Shown one piece after another: positions 36,801 to 54,590 of a stretch of DNA of 64,000 nucleotides. Under the pieces are notes generated by a model, which made no database searches, was not told the origin of the DNA, and saw only the letters and a program-made list of their open reading frames with translations. A program made the translations under genes and the position numbers. The first letter of the stretch is position 1; each line of letters begins with the position of its first letter. The DNA is from the human T2T-CHM13v2.0 reference genome, Homo sapiens: the NCBI RefSeq assembly GCF_009914755.1, contig NC_060926.1; one strand, written 5' to 3'.

Positions 36801-37590
36801 CTTTCACTGGATAACAGTATTAGAAACAAAAGTGTAGTGCTTTTTTTTTTTTTTCCATGGATAGGATTCCAAGATTTTCAATCATTTTTAATGAAACGTA
36901 TTTGAATCACACTGTAACAACTAAGATACTGCTTTATGAAAACTAAAATTTTGATCTTTTAACCATTCAGTTCTAAATATTTGATATTAAGTTTAAAATA
37001 TTCTTTGATTAATAAATTATTGAAAAGTATGATTTAACATTTTTCAACACGCAAGTCTTTATATTTTTGGTGTGTTTTATTCATAAATTTTTTGAATTGT
37101 AGTTGGAAAAATGACATCTACACAATAAATAAAATTGGATATTTATTTATATTTGTTTTGTGTCCTACATGTTAAACTTCTTGTTTTGTTTCACATGTCA
37201 ATATTCACTTTATGTATTTAGAAGCTGTTATTATGTGTATGTAATCAATGAATCATTATTATACCCTGTACGCTTTTTAATGTGTCGTATAATCCTAATA
37301 ATGATTTTTACCTTAAAATAGACTTTAATTTAGCTACCAGAGTAGCATTTTCCTGCGATACCTTATTTCATCCAATATTTGACTATTTATGTTTTTGCAT
37401 GTTATATATTTTAAATTTTATTTTTTTAAACATATGCTTAAATTTTGATTATTCAACTAGAAATTCTGTGAATCTAAAACAAAGGATTTTAATACATCTA
37501 TATTTATTGTGATTACTTGTATTATAGATTTATTTACAACTCAGTTTTTCATATTTTCTGCATTCTAAGCTTTTCCTTGTTCATTTTTCT
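33830..37590 (-). mobile_element. Mosaic of old, highly diverged L1M fragments (antisense), including an L1MC-type 3' end at about 35.36-36.83 kb
   Basis: T-rich degenerate L1 antisense motifs, e.g. TCCCCTATTGTTAATATATTACATTACAGTGGTACATTTGTCACAACT and GTGTTTGTCAGGTTTCTCCACTG. Confidence 0.65.
35638..36004 (-). mobile_element. MaLR LTR, MLT1A-like
   Basis: TGTCTTAGTT..GCTGCTATAAGAAAATGCCATAAACC..CACAGTTCTGAAGGCTGGGAAGTCCAAGATCAAG..TAATTACCTCCCAAAGG. Confidence 0.88.
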
Positions 37591-37591
37591 G

Positions 37592-38357
37592 TTTTCAAAA
37601 GAAGACATACAAACAGCCAACGAGCATATGAAAAAAAGCTCAACATCACTAATCATTAGATAAATGTAAATCAAAACTGCAACGAGATACCGTCTTACAC
37701 CAGTCAGAATGGCTATTATTAGAAAGTCAAAAAATAACAGATGCTGGTGAGGTTGTGGAAAAAAGGGAACACTTATACACTGTTGGTTGGAGTGTAAATT
37801 AGTACAACATTATGGAAATTAGTGTGGTGTTTCCTCAAAGACCTAAAAACAAAACTACCATTCAACCTAGCAATCTCATTACTGAGCATATCCCCAAAGG
37901 AATATAAATCATTCATCATTCTATCATAAGGACACATGAACACATATGTTCACTGCAGCACCATTACAATAGCAAAGACACTGAATCAATTTAAATGCCC
38001 ATCAATAAAGAAAATGTGGTACACATACATCAAGGAATAATACGCAGCCTTAAAAAATAAAAAGATCACATCCTTTGCAGAAACATGGATGGAGCTGGAG
38101 GCCATTATCTTTAGCAAACTAAAACAGAAATAGAAAATCAAATACCACATGTTCTCCTTTTAGTGGGAGCTAAATGATGCGAACACAGGGACACAAAAAC
38201 TGCGGGGTGGACAGTGAGAGGAGGGAGAGGATCAGTAAATATAACTAATGGGTACTAGGCTTAATACCTGGGTGACAAAATAATCTGTACAACGAACACC
38301 CATGGCACAAGTTTACCTATATAATAAAACTGCATGTGTGCCCCTGAAGTTAAAAGT
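37592..38357 (+). mobile_element. 5'-truncated L1PA (about L1PA13-15) 3' end
   Basis: ORF2 C-terminal region AAAAGAAGACATACAAACAGCCAAC..., and 3'UTR GGGTACTAGGCTTAATACCTGGGTGACAAAATAATCTGTACAAC. Confidence 0.9.
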
Positions 38358-41154
38358 TTTTGTTTTTTTTTTAAATCTTTCTTATATGGGTTGTTTATCT
38401 CTTGAAATGCTACAGGTATTTGCAGTGTTATTTCTCATATTCGTTTTGTGTTTAATTATGTCAAATGACCCAAAGATATCACCAGCATGAGATCATTTTT
38501 TATATTATTACCTTATCTTGGAAAATTCATGCACCCAATACATACAATAAATATCTGGTAAATAGAACCTACATATTGGGCAGGCTATTGGTTACATATT
38601 TACATATATTCAGGATAGATTTTAATTTTTTTCTACCTAGAAACCAGAATATTTACAATTTAATACTTTCCTTTGAACACCTCAGATTTATAAAGCAGTT
38701 TGTTTTCAATCTCCCTAATTTTCAAAGGCCAAGATTTTGTTTTCTCTCCTCCTTTAAGCATGATAAAATATATCTTAGTAGTTATGAACCTTGAGGATGG
38801 AAGAAAAACAGCTAACCAACATTACCATGATCTATTAGTCACTCCCTGTCCCAAATTCTTTCCATAGTATGTCCTTTTTAATCATGATAACGATCTTATC
38901 AGGTAAAATTTATTAAAATCAATTTTCAGATTTGGAAACAGTCTCCAAGATGTTAATGAAGTTGATTAATAAATAACAGACTTGAAATTTGAACCAATTT
39001 TTAGCTATAGAGTTGGTCAATTTAAACTACTTCTCTGCATTACAGAATAATGTAGGGCAGTAGCTCTTCAAAATATATTATTTATTTTGTTTAACAAATT
39101 GATAAGTTATCCATTATCTATAAATAACATAATATGTAAATACTTAGTGTGTTTCTAACTTAAATTAACAATTTATAATCACTCATTTTTCTAGGGTCAG
39201 CCACATATTTGGTTTTTTGGTTGAATCATACAGGTAATACCTTGCTGGTTTTTTCATTATTTTTCTTTTCTTCATTATTTATATTTCATATGATTACATG
39301 TGGCAAAGAGATCATAGATTTTGTCTGCAGAAAATATCTATTTTTAAAACCTGTCATTACAACTATTATTATAAACTAATTGTTTTGTGACATAAACAAT
39401 TGGTAACTGAGTAGCACCATATTGTGCTGTGAGACTGAGTGAAGTTGAAATTAATCTGAGGTATTTATGTAGCTCAGTTCAGTGTATTCGTCTTCACAAT
39501 TTATGTCCATTGTGAAAGTGATATAAAGTAAGCACCAGAAAGAGTAGACCTGTTATCAGGAAAATTACTATTCTTGTGTGTGTATCAGTGTGTAATAATT
39601 AAGAATATGTCTGAAAAAAAACACACATACCTGTGTCTGCATAGATGTGTGTGTATGTAATATTCTAAAGGATTTTCATGTTTTTTGTAGAGCTTTACTG
39701 ATATTTTGGGTTCTTTCCAAATATTCGTAAAAATACAGATTTGATTTGTTGATGAATTTTATATTCTCCACTGAGAATAAAAACTTAGTTGACCTACACT
39801 AAATTTTACTCATCATAGGCTTATTTTACTCATTTCTCTGCTGGTTGAGAACTATAACAATGAAAAATAGATAGTTGCAGATTCTCAGCAATTACCAAAA
39901 GTTAATTGGAATTATTAAGATAACAAACATGTACACATAATGCTTTTGTTGATAAATTTTAACTACATTTAATGAGAAAATCCAAGACTAAGCCAATCTC
40001 ATAAATTGTTCTATGCTATGTTAATGCTTTCTCTGGCTGGTCAAATTAAATATTGATAAGACTGTCCTCTTAGAAAGGGTTAGACAAAGACATTGTATTT
40101 ATTTCAAAGGCTAAAAGCTAAAATGGAGCCAACCTAGAAACAGTGTGTTGACTCAGTTAGATAGCAATAATGAACATAATTATTTGTTTTCAGCTCTATT
40201 CTCAACTGATGAAGAGACAAATTATAATATGGGATTGAGACCATGACTGGGTAGTCAGCTCATTTCTCATGTTATATGTTTTAAGCACCAATAAACATTT
40301 AAATGAGATGTTTTACTTTTTTTCCAATCAAATATATTTTAAATGAGATTGTAATGGCAATTTAAAAAACTAACAACAAATTATTGTTTTCCTGAGCACA
40401 TATTTCAATTTCAATGTTGTGCTAAGTATCATGTAGATTTCCAAAGATGTAAATGACAAGGTCTCTTTTTTTAGGGAGGTTATAGTCTCTGGGGATGTCA
40501 GATTAATCCACATAAATTAATTTATATCCTATAGTACAAATACTTTATTAATTCTTTGTTTTTTCCTAAGTGTTATTACATAGGTTTTCAATAGGAAGTT
40601 ATATTAGTGAAATAAACTTTTTTGCAACAAAAATGAGCTATAAAAGTGGTTTCTAGAATGTTTATTTTCTAAATGAATATTTTAAAGTGCAATTTATTTT
40701 CCATGTTAAAGGAAGCAGCATTGCTTTGTCCATCAATAAGCAAACAAACAAATAGGTACATTAAGTGAGAAAGTGTCCAAAAATTTAAATATCGTATTCT
40801 CTTATTAATATTTAAATAAAAGTAAGAAAGCTCAAATATACTATATACTATTTGTCTGTTTCTCCACTGTCGTACTTTAAACTGCTTTTGATTTGTCACA
40901 TTGTACTTTAAACTGCTTTTGATTTGATTTATTGTAACTCCAAAAGCTGAATCAGCAATTTTATATCTTACTATCTTACTTGCATGGATTTTTAAAACTA
41001 ATGTTTTCTACCCATAAATGTTATGCCAACTCATAACTCATTTTTTTATTCCTGTTTAATAGTTTCTTGGAAAAATAGAAAAAAGTAAAATTGAAATACT
41101 ATAATCTTTTGTAAACAGACATTAATAACCATCATTCTAAAAAGAACAAAATAG

Positions 41155-41425
41155 TGTTATCGTCTGAATTGTGTTCCTCCCCTGCAAAAAAAAATCAATC
41201 TAAAAAACACTGAAGTCCTAACCCCTCAGTAAGTATCTCAGAAAGTGATCTTATTTGAAAATAGAGTTGTTGAAGACATAGTTAAGATGAGGTTATCCTG
41301 GAGTAGGCTGAGTCCTAATCAGACATGGCTGGTGTTCTTATAAGAAGTCAGCAGGTGAACACACTTAGGCACACAGGAGAACGCCACGTAATGAGGAAGC
41401 CAGAGACTGGTGTTAGACAGCTGCT
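41155..41425 (+). mobile_element. MaLR LTR fragment, MLT1B/C-like
   Basis: TGTTATCGTCTGAATTGTGTTCCTCCC..GAAGTCCTAACCCC..GTTAAGATGAGG..GTTCTTATAAGAAG. Confidence 0.85.
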
Positions 41426-42063
41426 TACTTGAGCTTTACTTCACACTTGCAACACCATGAGTGTTTCATTGGCCTTGATTCTCATTCCTGTATAAGGATA
41501 TATAGTTATACCTATGATTGTAGGTGGAGGAATGTGATTTTGGAGGAAGCTTTAAAAGTCATAGAACAGAAACATGAAGATGGGGTTCAAAAATAAAGAT
41601 AGTATTCATAACATCCTCATGATCAGATACTCCCTACCTTTTCACCCTCTCCATTCGACTGGGAATCATCATTTTTATTACTAGGATTAAAAGAATTAAT
41701 TTTGTACTGTTTAAGAGGTTTCAGACACTTGCTTGAGCCAACATTAAACATTAAGGGGTTAGGCAGCTTTTAAGGACTAATAGTAACTATTTTCAGCAAG
41801 ATTATTGGTGGCTTAAAAGGTGAAAATATTAAGACTATCTCCTCTATTTTGAAATAAGAAAACTGTGATGCATGTATTTCATATCACTTGAGAAACTGAA
41901 GGTGAACAGGGATATTAATTTAGGACGTGCATTGGTCTTAAACCAGTTGCTGAGCTCTGAAGCAGTGGAGCCACAATCAAGAACAAGAAGGAATCTGTAT
42001 CTTCTGAGAACTTTTAATTTGGAAAATCAGACATGCACAACTAAAACAATTCTAGGTAAATAA

Positions 42064-42383
<320 letters not shown>

Positions 42384-42684
42384 TGACTGAATTCTTAACT
42401 GAGAAAAAAAAAAAAATCTGCTGGAGGGTTACATTTCTTTGTAGAGTAAGTCCTGAATTTGAAAGCAATGTGGATTTAAACCGACAGTGGTGAATGACAG
42501 AGCAGGCGAAGGCACTGCAGCAAAAAGCAGGATGGAGCATCGTGATGAAAAAAAAAAAAACCCATAAACAGATGGGAGAACAATTTTTAGATTATAAAGA
42601 GAATAGTGGTGGGAATGGAGGTAAAAGTAAGAGGTAATTTCTAAAGAATTTGGCTATGGAAGCAATAAAAAGGAGCCAGAATTC

Positions 42685-42870
42685 AGTGAAGTGCAGCAGT
42701 TAAGAGCTTTAGACTTGGAGTAGAAAAGATTTGGGTCAAATTTTAGTTTTTTCCAATTACTCATTCTGTGACTGTGGACAATAAATTAACTTCGCTGGAT
42801 CTCAGTTTTCTCCTTTATAAAATGGGAATGATGATATGCACTCTACAGGCTTATTATGATGATAAAATGA
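42685..42870 (+). mobile_element. MIR
   Basis: GTTAAGAGC..TGTGACTGTGGACA..CTCAGTTTTCTCCTTTATAAAATGGGAATGATGATA. Confidence 0.8.
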
Positions 42871-43107
42871 ACTTGTATTTTATTTGGTACCTATAGCCAT
42901 AAGTCAGATTGTAGGGACAAAAATAATATATAGTAAACATTGCCTTTGAAAGAGAAAAACTTTTATAAATCACAATATACATAATTCTGCATATATAACC
43001 CTGTATATTAAAATGCAAAATGTGATTTTATCACATTCCCACTATGTAAAATTATATCTCTCCTTATTTTTTTTTAATTTTAATTTTTTAGTTATCACGA
43101 AGCAGGT

Positions 43108-43494
43108 TGCATTAGTTTGCTAGGGTTGCTGTAACAAAGTGCCATAATCACTGTGATTAAACAACAGAAATTTATAATTCTGGAAGATGGAAGCAGAGTG
43201 GGTTCCTTCAGAAGACTAGGAGGGAAGAATCTATTCCAAGCCTCTCTCTGTGGCTTGTAGATGGCTGCCTTCTCCCTATCTCTTCACGTTGCTTTTCCTC
43301 TGTACTTGTCTGTGTCCAAATTTCCTTTTCTTATAAGGACATCAGTCTTATCATATTAGGGTCCACCCAAATACTTCACTTTAACTGACTTACCTCTTTC
43401 AAGACCCTATCTCCAATAATAGTCACGCTCTGAGATACTGTAATTAAGGACTTCAGCATATAAATTTGGGGGAAACACAATTAAACTTATAGCA
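43108..43494 (-). mobile_element. MaLR LTR, MLT1B/C-like
   Basis: TGCATTAGTTTGCTAGGGTTGCTGTAACAAAG..TTCTTATAAGGACATCAGTC..GGGGGAAACACAATT. Confidence 0.9.
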
Positions 43495-44246
43495 CAGATA
43501 TAATTGAACTTTTATAAATTAATTACATTACTGCTTGAATTTATACAGAGCAAGCCTTCATTAAATAACTGCTATTGCTAAGATAAAGACCTTTGCTATG
43601 ACTTTGAATTTTGAAAACGCCAAACAAAGAATGTGAAATCATGTTAAATTAAATTTCCAAAAATGTGAAGATTAAAGGAAAGCTTTTAAAGAGAGGAAAA
43701 TGAATATTTTGAATTATGGTATTATATATTAGTAGAGATATTAATGGTTTTGATGCATTTTAAAGTAATTTATCCAATATTGCTTCTTTACAATAATCCT
43801 AGAAGGTGAAAAGGTCAAGTGTTTGTATATCCATGGTATAGATTAAAAAGTTAAAAAAGAAAAACCTTGTAAAAGTTACTAAAATGGTAATTCTTAGTTC
43901 ATTGGTTTCATAAATAATCCAACTGTGGTTAGTTTAGCCTTCATACTCTAAATGTACTTGGAGTAATAGCTTCAAAGTGGAAAAGGAATAAACTATCACT
44001 TCTAGATTCTATATTTAGGCAAATTATGAGGAGTAAGAATGCTAGCCATGACAGAGTACATGATATTGGACTTAACCCCTGTTTGCCTACCATCACCATT
44101 AAAAATAAATAAAAGCTTTACAAGATATATAAAACAACTGATTGCATGCATCAGAAAGGAACCAACACAGTGCTACCTTCTTTGGACAAAAAAATGTACA
44201 GGAGGTGACATCTTGGTTTTCTCTCTGAAAATTTTGTAGAAACTAC

Positions 44247-46030
44247 TGATGGCAGTGTCTGCCCATCTGGAGTGGCCACTGTGAGGATGACAGTGGAGCT
44301 GGGGAGGCATGGTGAGGGCTGTGTGCTCCCTGGAGCCAGCAGGAATCAGGAACAGGTGATCCCAGCAGCAGACCCTACTGAGTTGGTGGGGTGAGAGCCT
44401 GCACTCCTGGGTGCAGCTGCAGCTGCCCAGCCATGTCTCTGGACCTGGGCATCCCTGTGCTCTCAGGGACCTGGGAAGCCCCCTGTCCCCCCAGGCTCAG
44501 AAGTGCCTGCTCCCACTCCCTGGCCTCTCCCCACTCCCAGTGCCTGCTCCAGTGTGGAGCAAAGTTGTAGCCAAGCCTAGAAACTGTCGCAACCTGGCTG
44601 GCTATGCATGCACTTGGGGCAGCATTGACACATCAGGCCCCTGCCACCTTCGCTCCTTCCAGATGTTGGGCGCTGACGAGCATGGGAGGGAGGATGGGGG
44701 GCTGAGAGTGGCTTAGCACGGGCCTGCAGGCACTCCTCAGCACAGACAGCCTGGGTGCCATGGATGGCATGTAGATGGTAGCAGGAGGCAGATACGTTCC
44801 TAGGTGGGAAGGGCTGAGTCCCTGGTGAAACCCCACCTTCAACCCAAGGACTGCCAGAAGCCTGGGGACTGGGCTGCCAGCTCCAGGTAAAGTCTGCCAC
44901 CTGGAGTAAAAACTTCATTGATGCCTTTCGGCCAACCAGATGGTGCTTTTCCAGACCTGCCTGGTCACCCATGGACCAATCAGCACACACTTCCTCCATT
45001 CTGAGCACATAAAACCCCCAGACTCAGCTAGACTCAGACACTCACTGGGACTACCTGCCTGCAGAAAGGAACGATCAACTTTGGGTCACCTGAGAGCTGT
45101 TCTGTCACTCAATAAAGTTTCTCTCTGCCTTGCTCACCCTCCAGTTGTCCACGTAACCTCATTCTTCCCTGACATGGGACAAGAACTCAGGACCCAGGAG
45201 CACGAGGAGCTGTAACACATTTCTTTCTGGCTCGCTGAGCTGTGGGCAGTGACACACTCCCGGACTGCAAGAGTGAAGAATGTTGACCTTATGGGGACCC
45301 AGACCTTGGGATACCCTGAACCGGAGCTGCTGTAATACTATAGTCCTCTGCCAGCAGTGGGTGGCCACCCCATGTGAGGGAAAGCAGCAGTGGGACTGGG
45401 CCAGCCCAGGATCCATGGCCCAGAGTGGGGCAGCAGGACTGAAAGAGCTGTAACACAAATGGACTGAAACACACCCCCAAGAAACTTGCCCCCTTACTCA
45501 CCATGCTGCAGGCCACAAGAAGGAGAGAAGAGCTGCAGCCTTTCTGGGAGTCCAGACCTACCTCAGGTCTCCCCAAGCCAGGGCTGTGACATTCTGTAAC
45601 ACGATTGCTGGGCCTCTGTAGTTCCTGGTGTCTCTGAGTTTTCAGGTGCCACTGCGTTTCCCTCATCCAGGTGCTGGTGCCCGCAGCGGAAGCTGCTTGA
45701 GGTATGTCTGGTCCAGCTGCAACTTTGCATGGAGCTGGCGTCTGTGCCAGCACCTGTAGTTGCCTGAACCACCACAGCAGCTGGTGTGCCAGGCTGTGTA
45801 CAGTGGCCACACCCCATGCTTGCTTGCTCACATGCCTGTCACTGCTCTGCACCTGGCTTGCCCTTGGCAGGCATGAGATTCGGGCTGGTAATGTGAGCCG
45901 AGTGCAACCTGCCAGGCCAAGTGGGTGGAATGAGCCCAGCAGGCACAAGTAATACTATACTCCAGCAAAAGGGGACATGGGTCACAGAGGTTTCCAGCTG
46001 GCAAAGCAACACTCTAAGGACCCTGTGACA
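44247..46030 (+). mobile_element. ERV1 solo LTR, MER52A-like (about 1.8 kb, GC-rich)
   Basis: Starts TGATGGCAGTGTCTGCCCATCTGGAGTGGCCACTG and ends CCCTGTGACA. TSD CTAC/CTAT, AATAAA at 45111. Confidence 0.88.
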
Positions 46031-46073
46031 CTATCCTGCAAGGAAGATGAGCCCATGCAGAAAGTCATAGTTT

Positions 46074-46512
46074 TGAAGCCAGCCCAAGAGTCCCACAGAC
46101 AGTTGTTTTTGGATAAACATAAAAATGGACTCTTCTGGTCTTAAAAAGCTTGGAAATTTTATTTGTTTTATCTGAGTTCCCTCTTCAGGGAACAACCTTT
46201 AGGCCTCTCACAAAAAGTGTCAAAGAACTGAAACCAGATGACTGCACCAGATGCCAGACCCCTCATTCACCATGATTGCTTCCTTGTCCCTCACAAGTTC
46301 TTGCTTTCTAACACCTTGCTACATTTCTTGCCTGCTATATAAACCCCTCGTTTTAGTCAGTCAGGAAGGTGCATTTGAGACTGATCTCCCATCTTCCCAG
46401 CTGCAGCAGCCAATTAAAGCCTTCTTCCTTGACAACACTCACCATCTTAGTGATTGGCTTTCTGTGTGGTGAGCAGCACGACCTATACCAAACCCCTGGT
46501 ATTTCAGTAACA
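46074..46512 (+). mobile_element. ERV1 solo LTR, MER83-like
   Basis: TGAAGCCAGCCCAAGAGTCCCACAGA ... TTTCAGTAACA, with perfect TSD GTTT, TATA box CTATATAAACCCC and ATTAAA signal. Confidence 0.85.
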
Positions 46513-46918
46513 GTTTCACTGGGTGTGGGAACAAAAATCAGGGTCCAAGTTAGCAAAATGGCTATTTATGTAATAATTCCACTTCACAGAGTATTATTAA
46601 TGGAGTCTGTTATACAGATCAATGATAATAGGCTGAAGAGATGAGCAGATTTCAGATACACACAGTCCGAAGGAGAAATTGGAATTTGATTCCTGCCAGA
46701 GTAGAAAGTTTTTGGAGAATACCTCAGGCTTTCAGTTGAAATCTCACAAAGGTGAAGACCTTGAAGTAAGACCACATCCTAAGAATGTTGGCAAATTTGA
46801 AGAACACCTATACTAAGGCTAAAGTCAAACCTGAAAATTATGAAAGTCATATCTAATCCCTGACATGTAAAGAGCTTGGAAACTATCACTCCCATCCTCA
46901 CAATAAGAAAACAGCCAA

Positions 46919-47292
<374 letters not shown>

Positions 47293-47399
47293 CTAAGGTC
47301 ACAGGCCAAACTGATGCCCTAGGGGGTGGAGGGCGAAACTCAAGAGATAAGCAGATATAGAGTCACAGCTGACCAAGAGCAGAAGTCACTGGAGAAATA

Positions 47400-51140
<3,741 letters not shown>

Positions 51141-52019
51141 ATGAAGGTGGTTTGGGGTAATTTAACTGCATTGTAAAATAACCCAATACTTTTGAGGAAT
51201 ATTGTAAGAACGAGAGCCTAAATACTGGAAATACCATATTCTACTTACAGGGAAATAAAATCTGATATATAAAGAAATAGGAAAATGCAACTAATCCTCA
51301 AATAATAAGACATTAATAGAATCAGACACAGAGAAGATTTACATATTATCTTTGGCAAGTAGACAAACAGCTGTAATTAGTATGTTAAGGAAGAAAGAAA
51401 AGATAGAAAAATGAAAGAATAGAATAATTTAACATGACGTAGAATCTATAGTAAAATCAAAGGACACTTTGGAACTTAAAAACATCTGAAATGTAAGGAT
51501 TCATTGAATGGGTTGAATGGGAGGCTGAAAATAGCTGAGTATAGGACTTGGGAACTCAGGGAAAGGTCATTAGGAGAGATATGTGATGCAGTCAAAAGTT
51601 CTAACATACATGTAATTTAAGTCCTGGAAGGAAAACAAAGAGAGAAAAAGAAATCACAGCAATATTTGGAGAATTGGTGGTCAATGATTTTCTAAATCTG
51701 ATGAGTTATCTACCCAAAGATAAACTAGATAAATTCAGAAAACTCCAAGCAAAATAAACACAAAAAACCCACTTGATCTCATTAGGGTTAAACTGCTAAA
51801 TATTAAAAATAAAAGGAAAATGTTAAAGCAGCCAGAGAATATAAGAAGTTATTATCTAAATATAAACATCAATAAGAAGTTGGATGACTTTTCAACAGTG
51901 ACTACAGAAGTCAGAATGCAATGGACTATTTTTAAAGATTAAGAAAAGAATATATTCTGCCAACTTAGAGGTTGATATGGAATAAAAATATTCTTTACAA
52001 AGGAAGGTCAAAGAGGATG

Positions 52020-52022
<3 letters not shown>

Positions 52023-52070
<48 letters not shown>
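52023..52070. repeat. Perfect (AC)24 microsatellite
   Basis: Direct inspection. Confidence 0.98.
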
Positions 52071-52074
<4 letters not shown>

Positions 52075-52952
52075 CCAGTAGGTTTGAACTCTAAGAAATA
52101 CTGATAAGAGTTCTTCAAGCTATAGACAATTATCTCACATGGAAGCATGGAACTGTACAAAGGAATGAAGAGTATAAGAAATGCTGCTTTGAAATCAAAG
52201 TAAATACTGTTTAAAATAAAAGTAAAAATAAAGCTCTGTGGAAGTTACAACATATGTAAAACTAAGTAAATATCAATAACACAATGCATCAGAGGTGGTT
52301 AAAAGAGTTTAACTGTTAAGAGGCTTTACACTGTTTGGGAAGCGGCAAATGTCCTGTATTAAAGTAGACAAGAATATATCTTTTGAAAATCTCCAATGTA
52401 ATCACTAAAACATAATAAAAATGCCATAGATAAACAATTATAAGAGAAAAATGCTGCTACTTAATCAAAAGTAGTTGATTAATCCAAAGGGAACAGATAA
52501 AGGAAAATATATGGAAAAAAGAGAAAATAAATACAAAGATGGCAGAGTTAATCCTAACTCAAGAATTATATTAAACATATATGGTGAAGGAAAAAAACCC
52601 TAAAAATTAGAAACAAATGGAAATAAATGAATTTCATTGCATCAGAAAGAGGAATTATTTCAAGTGAATTTATAGCACAGAATTTTGATTTTACATGCTT
52701 AGAGGAACATGGGTCCTAAGCAAAAATGAAGCTATAAAAAAAAATCTTAGTTTGCCCCCTATAACTATCTGTAATAGTCTATTTATAACTATTATTATTA
52801 TTTGAAACTAATTTATAGTACTGTAAAATAGTGGAAATAAGAATTGGAGGTACCTAAAGTACACCTGATTGAAAATGGGAAATAAAATAAAATTATTAAG
52901 TATTTAACTCTTCTTTTACAAACTCTATTTCAATGTAACAACACTTTGTTGA

Positions 52953-53277
<325 letters not shown>

Positions 53278-54484
53278 TGAAAGGGGAAAGATTTTAACCA
53301 AAGAATTCTAACTAATACATGTGGGAGAAATTATAGTATTACAAAATCATTAGTTTGCAAGCCTAATAACATAATTCAGGCAATGATTATCAGCAGTTGA
53401 AACATTAGATAAAAAGTTGATGGAGAATTTTACAATAGGAAAATCGGCCTTAAGTAGTTGAACTGAAGCTAATCCAGTATCTGGAGCTAACTTTCATTTC
53501 CAGAGTATACCAGTATAACAACAACAAAAAAGTTAAATGACACCAAGGAAATAGACAATCCAGAATGTCAAATATTTCACAGAAGAATCAACTCCTCTGT
53601 AACAGTCAATAGCAGGAAAAAATAAAAAAGGAAAGGGTGATTGTTGAAGATTAAGAGATTAAGGAGAATTAACCACCAAATGTAATGTATAGATCTTCTT
53701 TGATTTGTGACTCAAAGAAACTAGCTGTACAAAGATGTTTTTGAGATCACTGGAGCAATTTAATCATGTAGTGAGTATTAGGTGACCTTAAATATTTATT
53801 TAAAAATTTTGTTGGCATCGTGGCTATGTAAAATGGCCATATTACTTTTAGAAACACATACTAAAGTATATAGAGATTCAATGACTGAATTTTAGGTTTA
53901 CTTTTAAAATATGAAAACAAAAAGGTAAAAAAGATAGATGCAGCAAAGCAAACCTTTATACATGCTGAATCTGGAAGATGAGTATATGTGGGTTTATTGA
54001 ATTATTTCTCTACTTTTATTTATGTGTGAAAATGTCCAAGTAAAATATGAAAAAATGTTTCAAAGAATATTTAATCACATGGGAAAATTACCATGGCACG
54101 AGCAGCTATATATATGGGTCTGATTTTATAATTTTCTCTGGGTAATAATACTGTAATTTTTTCCTTTAACCATGTCTATATGTTTATATTTTCTAATATG
54201 AAAAAATATTTGTAATCATAAAAATCCATATAATTGTAAAATAAATATTCATAAAACCACGTGTAAGCCCTGAACTAAGCTGACACAGCTTTTACATCTT
54301 TGTCTGACGTGCCACACCTTTGATTATTTTAGCTAACATTAACTTGTCACCTTCCCATTAACAGAGCTGTCAAAAATTTCACCTTTGGTATTATCTACTC
54401 TAGTATTTTAACATGTCTGATTATCATCATTATTAATAATTACAATTCTGTAAAATTTGATCATTTTAAGTCACAACACTATTC

Positions 54485-54590
54485 CTTCAGCAAACATTTA
54501 CTCTGAGTCTAGTATTTGTCAGGCACTGTTCCAGGCACTGGGGCATAAAACATAAATAAACAGAGTCCCCGCTGTAATAGAGCTCAGAAT
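54485..54590 (-). mobile_element. L2 3' end
   Basis: TTCAGCAAACATTTAC..TGTCAGGCACTGTTCCAGGCACTGGGG. Confidence 0.75.

Noticed and set aside
45289-45948. Longest ORF (219 aa) and the overlapping ORFs at 44.4-46.0 kb
   Set aside because: They lie inside the GC-rich MER52-like LTR, occur on both strands and show no recognisable domain.
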